This document shows, one piece after another, positions 8,598 through 18,000 of a stretch of DNA of 64,000 bases. Each line of letters begins with the position of its first letter. The stretch's first letter is position 1. The translations under genes and the position numbers were made by a program. Source of the DNA: Clostridia bacterium (GTDB taxonomy: Bacteria; Bacillota; Clostridia; Christensenellales; UBA1242); NCBI GenBank assembly GCA_900767715.1, contig CAAGAD010000005.1, forward strand, positions 793,673 to 857,672, given 5' to 3'. The notes below the pieces were generated by a model, which worked only from the letters and a program-made list of their open reading frames with translations, was not told where the DNA came from and searched no databases.

Positions 8598-10277
8598 ATG
8601 AAAGATAAAAAACAAAAGAAAGAGTTCAACTATTTAAAGACATATATGCAGTTGACCAAGCCAAAGTTTTGGCCGTGTGTCTTGCATACGATTTTGTATT
8701 CTGCTTATGTTTGTATGCAACTTTTGGACGCAATTTTCGCAGCCAACGCCGTCACTGGACTGACAAAGGGCGATTGGACATACGCGTACAAGAATGTAGC
8801 ATTCCTTGCTCTGTTCACAATCATTAGAAATGTCACGGCGCACCTATTTAACCGTCACCGCGCGAAACTATACGCTGACGGTTACAACAACATTACGAAC
8901 AAATTATACAAAAAAATCCTTTATGCCAACTCGCAAAACTTTGAGCAGACCAGCAAAGAGTACATTTTAAACACGATTGGCACGAATGTGGGAACAATGG
9001 CGTCGTTTTCTAACGAAGTGATTAAGAAGATTGGCATTGTCATTCAACTTATAGTGGCACTCACAGTCATCTTTTCTGCCAGCGTTTTGTCTGGGTTCAT
9101 AGTGTTTGGTTTGGCGTTTGTAGATTTCTTCTTGCTCAAATTTTTGAACCGCAAATACGCTATGGCATTGAACAAACAATATAAGGCGCGTGACGCTATC
9201 TATGAAGACGTGTCTGACGTGATTGACGGTCACAGCATTATCAACGAATTTGAGAAGGAAAAAGAATTTGAAAGACGTTTCGCTAAAAAGACAAACGCAT
9301 TCAACCAAGGCGTAAAAGACGAATACGTTTGGGCGTCATACAAATCGGATTTCTTCTACACATTTTATCGCATAATTATTTGCGCCATTAACCTTTTGCT
9401 AGTGTTTATGGTGAGCAAGGACAGTATGAGTTTGTCCGTATATATGATTGTCGTAGCATACTTGCTTACTTGCACCGAGCAGTTCAACACGGTGTTCGAC
9501 ATCACGCAACTTTTGTCCAACCTTGAAGTCAGCGTCAAGCGTGTCAACGTGGTTGCCAATTTCACCGACGAGCAGTTCGCCACTTATGGCAACATATTGC
9601 GAAGTCGTGGCGGTCAAAATCTCAGTTTTGTCGGCGTCAATTATTTCAATGCGGACGCAAAAAGCGCCTATCGTGGCAAACTTGTTGATTTGGACTTGTC
9701 CTTTATGCCACACGCAGTCAACCTTGTGAAAGGTCCGCGTAAATGTGGCAAGCGCCTTGTATTCAATATGCTCAGGCGTAACATTCGTCCAGACAGCGGT
9801 TGCGTAATTTACGACAACATCAATCTGTACGATTACAGTCAAAAAGATTTCAAACAAAAAATTTATTACGCCACACGCAACCCCGAGTTCGTGTCTGGCA
9901 CAATAAAAGAAAATCTTGCGCTCACGGGTGCGAAAAACAAAAAAATTATGTTGGTGTGTAAGCAACTCGGCATTTACGATTATATAAAAGAACTGCCAAA
10001 AGGATTTGACAGCGAGATTGAGGACGATATGCCTCGTATGTTCAAGTTTTTGTTGGGGTTGGCGCGTGCAATTTTAACCGATTGCGAAGTGTTGCTCGTT
10101 TACGAAACGCCAAGCGCAATGTCCAAGACGGACAAACTGCTATTGCAAAGACTTATTGCCGACCTTGCGAAAGAGCGCACAATCATATTGTTCACCTATG
10201 GTGACTTGTATGATAACGTTGCCAAGATTTGCTACAAGATTGAACAAGGACAACTGGTGGACGTAAAAGTAAATTAG
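8598..10277 (+). CDS. ABC exporter-like half transporter (TMD+NBD) with a degenerate nucleotide-binding domain
   Basis: The N-terminal ~300 aa are a type-I exporter-like TMD. The C-terminal NBD aligns by eye, but Walker A reads GPRKCGKR, the Q-loop reads ATRNPEF, the signature is replaced by MPRMF, Walker B reads LLVYET, and the H-loop reads LFTYGD. Confidence 0.75.
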   Translation: MKDKKQKKEFNYLKTYMQLTKPKFWPCVLHTILYSAYVCMQLLDAIFAANAVTGLTKGDWTYAYKNVAFLALFTIIRNVTAHLFNRHRAKLYADGYNNITNKLYKKILYANSQNFEQTSKEYILNTIGTNVGTMASFSNEVIKKIGIVIQLIVALTVIFSASVLSGFIVFGLAFVDFFLLKFLNRKYAMALNKQYKARDAIYEDVSDVIDGHSIINEFEKEKEFERRFAKKTNAFNQGVKDEYVWASYKSDFFYTFYRIIICAINLLLVFMVSKDSMSLSVYMIVVAYLLTCTEQFNTVFDITQLLSNLEVSVKRVNVVANFTDEQFATYGNILRSRGGQNLSFVGVNYFNADAKSAYRGKLVDLDLSFMPHAVNLVKGPRKCGKRLVFNMLRRNIRPDSGCVIYDNINLYDYSQKDFKQKIYYATRNPEFVSGTIKENLALTGAKNKKIMLVCKQLGIYDYIKELPKGFDSEIEDDMPRMFKFLLGLARAILTDCEVLLVYETPSAMSKTDKLLLQRLIADLAKERTIILFTYGDLYDNVAKICYKIEQGQLVDVKVN

Positions 10278-10741
10278 AGATATTGCCTGATGGCAATGTC
10301 TTTTTTTTCTAGCACAGAGAGTGTGACGCAGAGCGGAGTGGAGAGTTGATTGATATAGTTGGAGAGCGCACGACTCTTGCTTGCCTCGTTGCCAATGAGA
10401 TAGGCGAGAATGGATATGCACTTGCTCGTGTTTTTGCAAATGCCGAACACATTGTCTTTACACATCTCCACATTCATCTTTTTGCTCGACACTTTATACA
10501 ATTCACTCACGTTTTGCGTGACGTTCACCATTGCACTTTTTAGGTCGGCGAGCGCGCGGGTTAGGTCGTCAGGTAGGCAACGTTGATTCATAATGCCTAG
10601 ACAAACTTTTTGCGAGTGCACAAAAAATGACCCCAACAGTTCGCTAGTCTTTTGTTGGGTGTCATCGGTTTGTTTCTTGTATGCGCTTTGCAAGGCAACT
10701 AGCACATCACTAGGTAAAATTGGATTGTCGTTGTACATCAT
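10274..10741 (-). CDS. hypothetical helical protein (155 aa)
   Basis: The track ORF 10274..10921 overlaps dnaI. Trimmed to the MMYNDN start at 10741, which is downstream of the dnaI stop. Weak RBS. Its stop codon overlaps the stop of the convergent ABC-like gene (TTAG). Confidence 0.5.
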   Translation of the reverse strand: MMYNDNPILPSDVLVALQSAYKKQTDDTQQKTSELLGSFFVHSQKVCLGIMNQRCLPDDLTRALADLKSAMVNVTQNVSELYKVSSKKMNVEMCKDNVFGICKNTSKCISILAYLIGNEASKSRALSNYINQLSTPLCVTLSVLEKKDIAIRQYL

Positions 10742-10778
10742 ACTTTTATATATGCGTACGAGTTTGATTTTACGACTA

Positions 10779-11681
10779 TTATTTTTGCGTGCGGTTGTCC
10801 TTTCCTGTAAATAGTATGTTGAGCGACAGCAGTTTGTTGGCAAGTCGGCTATAAATTCGCTCGCCGTATCTATCCAAAATCTTGGTCGGGCTGTCAAGGT
10901 TGGACGAAATGCAAGTCGCACGGTTCTTGACTAGTCGTTCGTTGAGTATGGTGTAGAGATATTCTACTGTGACATTTTTGAGTACCGGCTCACTGCCAAG
11001 GTCGTCAATTAGCAAGATGTCCGCGTCAATGTAATTTTGAATCTCGCTGGCTTTGCCCACATGATAGTTTCGGCATTGATTATTGAGATTGAATGCTGTG
11101 GTGTATTGCACGCTAAAACCTTTTTTCGCAAGTTCGTTGGCAATGCATTCGAGCAAATAGGTTTTGCCCGTGCCAGTGTAGCCCAAAAGGTTGATGTTTC
11201 GCACTTTTGTCTTTGGATAATTTGTGCACCATTTCATCACTTTATCATAACTGGCTTTTAGTTCGGCGGGGTGACGACTATTTGCGAAAGTGTGTTCGGC
11301 ATTTACGCCGTCAATTTTAGTTAATCGCTCGTTCAGTTGCGCTTTGAAGCAGTCACAATATTCATTGCCAATGCGTCCAGTGTCTTGACATTTGGCACAT
11401 TTAAATTTAGGCTCAAAGTCTGCTAGGCTTTCGTTGGTCTTGGCAAGGTAGTTTCTTAATGCATTATACTTCTTGGCTTCGTCCGCTTTGGCTTTTTTTA
11501 GGTCGGTGTCGTTGTGGCGTGCGCGGGCGGTTTGAAGCGTTGCGAGTTTGTATGCTTGGTAAAGTTTATCGAACTCGCTGTCGTTTTGTTGACGATTAGC
11601 AATGCGCTCGTTGGCGTCAACAATTGCTTGATTGCGTAAGGTGGTGTAATAGTTTACTAATTCATTTATTACGTTTGCCAT
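10779..11681 (-). CDS. dnaI: helicase loader, DnaI/DnaC-type AAA+ ATPase
   Basis: Zn-binding CAKCQDTGRIGNEYCDC, Walker A GYTGTGKT, Walker B LLIDDLG. Sits immediately downstream of a DnaD-domain gene, as in Bacillota. Confidence 0.85.
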   Translation of the reverse strand: MANVINELVNYYTTLRNQAIVDANERIANRQQNDSEFDKLYQAYKLATLQTARARHNDTDLKKAKADEAKKYNALRNYLAKTNESLADFEPKFKCAKCQDTGRIGNEYCDCFKAQLNERLTKIDGVNAEHTFANSRHPAELKASYDKVMKWCTNYPKTKVRNINLLGYTGTGKTYLLECIANELAKKGFSVQYTTAFNLNNQCRNYHVGKASEIQNYIDADILLIDDLGSEPVLKNVTVEYLYTILNERLVKNRATCISSNLDSPTKILDRYGERIYSRLANKLLSLNILFTGKDNRTQK

Positions 11682-11682
11682 A

Positions 11683-13128
11683 TTACACCTCCACTTCGTC
11701 TAGGTTGCTGAAAAATGAGTCAAGTTCTTCTTTTGTATATACTTTATCAGTTACGCGCGCTGATTTGGTTGGCTTGGTTACGCTGGCTGGGGCAAACGCT
11801 TTCGCGCTAGCCAGGTCGTTGATGCCTGCCGAATGCCAATTGGACAAAATTTTGTTCATATACACAAGCGCACCTGGTTTGTTGGCGCTTAATTCACATG
11901 CGTAATCGAGTAATTCATCATTTATCGCCCAATCCTTTGTCCAAGTGCGATAGAAATTGCGGTCTTGTTCATTGACACGACGGACAAGCCCGAGTTTTTC
12001 GAGAATGTTTTTGATTTGCGTGTCGTTGGCGAGAATGTCTGTCATATATTGATTGAACGCTTCCATATTGAGAATGCCGAGTTTATAGAATTTGCGTACA
12101 ATGTCGGCATAGCCTTCAAGTGTGCGAATGCTCTGTTTGAAGCAATAGTTGGCAATGGTTGTGAGCAAATCGCTGGCACAACCCATTTGAATGAATGGCA
12201 GAACATAAACATCTACCACTTGGCTCAAATCTTGATAATACAAGCCAAGTGATTTGGTAATATCTTTGGCGAGCACGAGCAAGGTTTGTTTGTTGGTTTC
12301 GTATTCGTCAATCTCGGCGTTGGTCATCAGTTTCATCTCATAATATTTGCGAAGAGTGGTGTCGAGATAGCGAATATCGGTCTTGTGCAAGCGTGACTTG
12401 ATAGATTTGGCAACGTGCACGATGACTTCGATGTCGAAACCAAGTTCTTTGAGCCAGCAGTCGAGCATTTCTTTGTCTTCAATCTGTGGACTGGCTTTTG
12501 AGCCAAGCGCTTTAAACACTTGAACGAGTTTGTCATCGTGAGTGGAGAGTTCTTGAATTTTTTGTTCCACTTGCGAAAGTGTGAGTATTTGCTCGCAAGC
12601 CCAGTTTTTAGCAATAGTATTGATATAGCGATGACCGACGTTGTCGCCCTTTTGACTAATTGCGTATTTGCAAATGGCAAGAAGTGCGTCCATATCCATA
12701 TGGAAACTCTCAATAACGGTGTAATACTCTACAAATTCGTTGGACGAAATGGTGCGGTTAGGGAAGAGTTGTTGGATTAGAATGTTGAAGTCATTGTATT
12801 TGCCCACTTTAAATTTTTTCAAGTTGCCGATTGCGGTCTTCACGGGTTTGTAGATGACTTGTGGTTCGCCCAGTTGAACGAGTTGAACCAAGCCCAAATC
12901 TTGCCAATATAGGAAAACATTAATAATGTCTTCCACCGTGATGTTTAGGTCACGGCTCATTTTGTCAAGGCTATTGTCCGCACTCTCATTGCTAGCCAAA
13001 AAATAACCCCACAAATACACTTTGACGCAATCTGCGGGCGCGCCTAGCAAATAATCATTAAAAAACGCGTTATCGACGAGCGTGTAATTGTTGTGTTTTT
13101 GTTCCGAACTAATCTTGCAAAATGACAT
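11683..13128 (-). CDS. dnaB: replication initiation / membrane attachment protein, Bacillus DnaB-type with DnaD-like domains (not the replicative helicase)
   Basis: Two DnaD-like repeats (YINTIAKNWACEQILTLSQVE and YMNKILSNWHSAGINDLASAKAF). 481 aa. Operon partner of dnaI. Confidence 0.75.
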   Translation of the reverse strand: MSFCKISSEQKHNNYTLVDNAFFNDYLLGAPADCVKVYLWGYFLASNESADNSLDKMSRDLNITVEDIINVFLYWQDLGLVQLVQLGEPQVIYKPVKTAIGNLKKFKVGKYNDFNILIQQLFPNRTISSNEFVEYYTVIESFHMDMDALLAICKYAISQKGDNVGHRYINTIAKNWACEQILTLSQVEQKIQELSTHDDKLVQVFKALGSKASPQIEDKEMLDCWLKELGFDIEVIVHVAKSIKSRLHKTDIRYLDTTLRKYYEMKLMTNAEIDEYETNKQTLLVLAKDITKSLGLYYQDLSQVVDVYVLPFIQMGCASDLLTTIANYCFKQSIRTLEGYADIVRKFYKLGILNMEAFNQYMTDILANDTQIKNILEKLGLVRRVNEQDRNFYRTWTKDWAINDELLDYACELSANKPGALVYMNKILSNWHSAGINDLASAKAFAPASVTKPTKSARVTDKVYTKEELDSFFSNLDEVEV

Positions 13129-13215
13129 AATCCACCTTTAATTAATTATACAACATAAAAGGTGGTTTGTAAAGAAAAATGTCATTTTATTGCCGGCATT
13201 GTTATATGATAAATT

Positions 13216-14700
13216 ATGAAGAAAATTTTGAATGCAATTTTAATCACAGTAATAACGCTGACTGCAATGATAACTTTCGCGGGCTGTAAGACGGACAACC
13301 TTAGCGCGATTAGTGAAAATCTGACCAACTACACAATCGACTTTGACATTGACGTGGCGAATAAGACGGTCAGCGCGAGTCAAACGGTGGATTATGTGAA
13401 TGATAGCCAAGAAGAATTGGACGATGTAAGGTTTCATCTCTATCCGCGTGCGTTTTGCGAAGGCGTGGTGAATATGACGGTGTCAAAGACGCAATCTGCC
13501 AAGGCGTATCCAAACGGCGTGAGTTACGCTAGCATTGAAATAAGCAAATTGTCTGTTGCTGGCAAAGAAATTGAGGCAAACTATACTGGTGAAGACAAGG
13601 ACATCTTGGTGGCGAAATTGGACGAACGCCTTGTGCCATCTGCTCGCGTAAAAATTGAAATCAACTATTCAATCATCATTCCAAACATTTTGCACAGATT
13701 TGGCTATGGCGACAACACAATTAATCTAGGCAATATATATCCAGTGGCGTGCGTTAGGGAGGAGAGTGGTTGGAGCGAGTGTCCATATCATCCAAACGGC
13801 GACCCGTTCTATTCCAACATTGCCAACTATAACGTCACTGCCAGTTATGACAGTTCGTACACAATGGCTGTAACGGGCGAGTCAACCACAATCAAACAAA
13901 GCAATAAAAACAAAACCACAGCAACGGCTAGGGCGGTGAGAGATTTCGCAATGGTACTCAGCAATAAGTTCAGCGTGCTGACGGCGGACGTGAACAGGGT
14001 GAAAGTCAGCTATTATTATTTCGATGATGAGAATGCGGGCGAAAATCTGCAAATAAGCAAAGACGCTCTCATTTGCTTCTCGAAGAAATTTTACAAATAT
14101 CCATACTCCACATTGTCTGTGGTGAAAGCCGACTTTGTGCACGGCGGAATGGAGTATCCAAATTTGGTGTACATCTCTGCCGACATTGATGACAAGTTGC
14201 AGTACCAAAATTGTATTGTTCACGAAATCGCTCACCAATGGTGGTACGGCTTGGTTGGCAACAACGAATACACGGAAGCCTGGCTCGATGAACCACTCGC
14301 AGAATTTTCGACTGCGCTGTTCTATAAATGCCATTCAAACTATAACGTGCGCTACCGTGATGTAATCAGTTCGGCGCAAGACAATATGAGTTTGTTTTTG
14401 TCTGTCTATCGCGAAGTGTTGGGCACGGTCGATACGTCTATGAATCGCCCGGTCAACAAATATCCAACCGACGCCGAATACGTTTACAACATCTACGTCA
14501 AGGGCGTGTTGATGTATGACTGCTTGATGTCGTCAATCGGCGAGAGAAAATTGGTTGGCGCGCTGAGTGATTACGCACATCAATATGCATTCAAAAATGC
14601 GACGGGAAATGACCTAATTAAATGCTTTGAAAAAAGTACAAAAATTAAATTAAATGAATTTTTTAACAGTTGGGTAAACGGTAGCATAATTTTAAATTAA
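13216..14700 (+). CDS. M1-family zinc metallopeptidase (aminopeptidase N-like), lipoprotein
   Basis: GGMEYPNL exopeptidase motif, HEIAHQWWYG...WLDE zinc site, lipobox ITFAGC at the N-terminus. Confidence 0.85.
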   Translation: MKKILNAILITVITLTAMITFAGCKTDNLSAISENLTNYTIDFDIDVANKTVSASQTVDYVNDSQEELDDVRFHLYPRAFCEGVVNMTVSKTQSAKAYPNGVSYASIEISKLSVAGKEIEANYTGEDKDILVAKLDERLVPSARVKIEINYSIIIPNILHRFGYGDNTINLGNIYPVACVREESGWSECPYHPNGDPFYSNIANYNVTASYDSSYTMAVTGESTTIKQSNKNKTTATARAVRDFAMVLSNKFSVLTADVNRVKVSYYYFDDENAGENLQISKDALICFSKKFYKYPYSTLSVVKADFVHGGMEYPNLVYISADIDDKLQYQNCIVHEIAHQWWYGLVGNNEYTEAWLDEPLAEFSTALFYKCHSNYNVRYRDVISSAQDNMSLFLSVYREVLGTVDTSMNRPVNKYPTDAEYVYNIYVKGVLMYDCLMSSIGERKLVGALSDYAHQYAFKNATGNDLIKCFEKSTKIKLNEFFNSWVNGSIILN

Positions 14701-15000
14701 AAAAATATAAAACATTTAAAAATAACTGCAAAAATATAAAAAAATAATAAAAAATGCAGTTATTTTTTCATTTTTTATAAAAAATTAATTAATCGGCGCC
14801 TAATATTGCATTAAATAATTATTTAAATTAATATTTTATTTTTTTTAATTTAATTCATTATTTATTTTATTTTAATTATTTTCACCTAATTAATTTTTTT
14901 GCGGAATAACGGAGTAAATTAAAATTTAGTTTAAACCACAAAATCGCGGGCAAATATATTTATATATATTTTTCAAAAATTTGCGAATAATTATTTGATA
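14701..15000. other. ultra-AT-rich island I (about 15% G+C by hand count)
   Basis: I counted 45 G/C in 300 nt. Contains the long-loop hairpin ATAACTGCA-N24-TGCAGTTAT plus a T-run (14722-14768), a likely terminator of the peptidase gene. Confidence 0.8.
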
Positions 15001-15031
15001 ATTATTTTTCTAGGTGGTACACTAAAAGTGT

Positions 15032-18000
15032 ATGAAATCCCTAATGAAAAAAATAAGAATTTGCATTTTGGCAGTTATCTGTATGATACCGGCATTTATG
15101 TTGGCGGGCTGTACAGATGACGTGCCAGTAACGGCGATAAATTTTAGAGAAGAACGCATTGAGATGTTGGTGGGCGATAGTTACGAACCACAAGTTTTTT
15201 GCAGTCCAAATTCTGCTAGCAACAAACGCTATGGCTTGAAGTCTAACGACACAACAATTGTTACCGCTTCCGGCACGAGATTGACGGCGCGCTCAAAGGG
15301 TACAGCAATCGTAACCGCGGTGTCGAGTAGCGAGAGCAAAACCGCCAGCATTGTTGTCATTGTGTATGACAAGAGTGTGCAACTGGGCGTGCCTAGTGAC
15401 ATTAAATATGACGGCGAAGCCTTGACTTTTTCTGCCAGCGAGAACGCGTACAACTTTGATATGCGTTTGAACGGGCAAATTATTCATTTGGGCAACACAA
15501 ACACCTACCGCAATTTTGATGCGGGCAGAGTGAACACGGTTGAGATTATGGCGGTCGGCAATGGTCGAGCCACCATTAGTAGCGCATTTAGTGAAGAATA
15601 CAAATTTTTCCAAATTGCACAACCAACCAACTTGAGAGTAGAAAACGGAGTACTAACTTTTGACGCTGTGGAAAATGTGTCGAAATACAAAATCACTCTC
15701 AAAACTGATAATAACGAAGACGCTGAACAAATTGTTGACACAAATAGTCTAAATTTGAGCAATCTAATTGAAAGCGGAAAAGAATACAATATCAGCGTGA
15801 AAGCGCTAAAAGACGGCTATACAAACGAAAATTTGGACAAAAATGTTGAGATTTTCGCCAGCCGTGAGTCAGCCAGCATCGTGGTGAGCAAGTCTAACGC
15901 TCCAACGAACTTACGTATTGACAAGAATAAGTTGATATTTGACAATGCGGTAAGGCAATCGACCTTTGAGTTGGAAATCTATTCGGGCTCAAACCAAGTG
16001 CTAACTACACAATTTAATGAGGATTTTTATGACTTGTCGGCTCTTGACGCGGGCGAGTACAGCATTAAGGTTAGACAAAAGACAACTGGCACGAATGCAT
16101 TGTTCAGCGACTGGTCAATCCCACTTGTTGCGACCAAACTTGTTAGTCCAACCGTGACGATTGCGGACGGTGTAGTGAAGATTTCGGCGGTTACAGACGC
16201 TGTTGGCTACAATGTGGTAGTCAATGGCGCTGTAATCGACATTCGTGACGCCAGTGAATTTGTTTTGGGTTCATCTTTCGGCGTTGGCGCATACACAATC
16301 GGCGCGCAAGCCTATGGTGACGCGCAAACCATTATCTCAAATGTTTCGACCACAATTAGTGCGACCAAACTTGCCACACCAAGAAATCTCGCACTCAACA
16401 ATTACGTACTCTCGTTCGACGATGTGAACGACTCTGCTAGTTTCAAACTTACTGTTTCAGCCGATTTGGCTAGCGAAGTTAAGGTCAACGATATTATAGA
16501 TGTTGAAGGCAATAGTTACACATTCGCGCCTTCATACTTCGCCGAAACAACCAAGACGGACACATACAGATTGCAGTTGCAAGCATACAAGACGGGCAAT
16601 TACCTTTTGAGCGAGAAAACCGAGATATATTTGGTATATAAACTCGCCACACCACAAAATGTCAACCTAACCGACGAAAAGATTACTATTGAAAACGAGA
16701 AAATCAATATCGTGGCGGTAGAATCAACAATCGGTTACAAGATTGAATTCTACCTTGCAGACACGAATGTTTTGGTGGACGAAAAGGCCTTTACCCCACC
16801 ACAAACATACTCCGACCTACCAGCACTTGACGCGGGCAAATATTCGGTCAAGATTATGGCAACGGGCAATAACGCCAACGTGCTTGACTCGGGCATTGTT
16901 CAGTTGGACGATATCGACGTCTTGGCAATCCCAACCACTAGAGCGGAAAGTAATGCAATCATTTGGAATGCGGTGGAGAAAGCAACGGGCTATTTTATCA
17001 CTCGCGACGAAGTATTAGATGACAAACTTATTACCGACCTATCTTACAATATAGATTTGTTGGAAGCGGGCGTGTATAATTTCAAAATTCGTGCTTACGG
17101 CGATGGACAGAAAATCATCTCTTCAAAATATAGCGAAAGTCCACTAGTTATCACCAAACTCAGCCAGCCAACCGACCTTGACTACCAAAACGGCAAACTC
17201 ACGTGGAGCGCGGTTGAGGGCGCAACTGCTTACGATGTGTGCTACAAGAATGAAGAAACAGACAACATCGACTCATTCCGCGTTGGCACCAATTCGTACG
17301 ACATAGATTTCGCGAGCAAACTTGCGGGCAGTTACAACTATTATGTCATTGCGCTCGGCAACTCAAACACAGTGTTTGACAGCAAACCAAGCCAGGACAT
17401 CACCATTGTTAAACAAGCCAAGGCGACTGATTTGCGCCTTGAAGGCAATACGGTCAAATGGAATTATGACATTGACTCAACCTATGAACTGGTTGTGAAC
17501 GGCATTGTCATAGATGACCTAACAAACGGCGCGTTCGACCTAATCAAAGACTATTTGCCAATCGCAAACTTTGAAACTGCGCAAGAATACACAATCACAC
17601 TCATCACCAAGGGTGAAAGTCGCAAACTAGTGGCGGACGGCTTAGTTGTCAAGGTTGATAGTGACCCAACCGACAGCCTAGTCATCACCAAATTGGCACA
17701 AACCACTGACGTCAGCCTGTCAAGTGGTGTGCTGAAATGGAAGATTAACACATCGGCAGTGTCATATTCACTAGTGGTGGACGGCAACGTCCTGATTGAG
17801 AATGTTGCTACCAACGAAAACAATGACGCGGGTTACCAAACGTATGATTTGAATGCAAGTTTGACGGCGGGTGAGCATACTGTGGCAATCATTGCGAACG
17901 GCAATGGCGTAAACAGTTTCGATTCTAACGCGTCCAACTATTTGGCTAGCGAGATAAGACTCACAAAATTGCCAGCAGTGGAACTCAAATTCAACCCAAG

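Noticed and set aside
14701-15031. AT-rich islands considered as CRISPR arrays or as a replication origin (DNA-unwinding element).
   Set aside because: There is no repeat-spacer periodicity and no cas genes. No DnaA-box clusters and no dnaA/dnaN are nearby. Five such islands in 64 kb is incompatible with a single origin.
15044-15056. A7 tract in the signal-peptide codons of the giant adhesin (and A6 in giant gene 2) considered as a phase-variation switch.
   Set aside because: The tracts are short and arise from ordinary Lys codons. There is no evidence of slippage from a single sequence.
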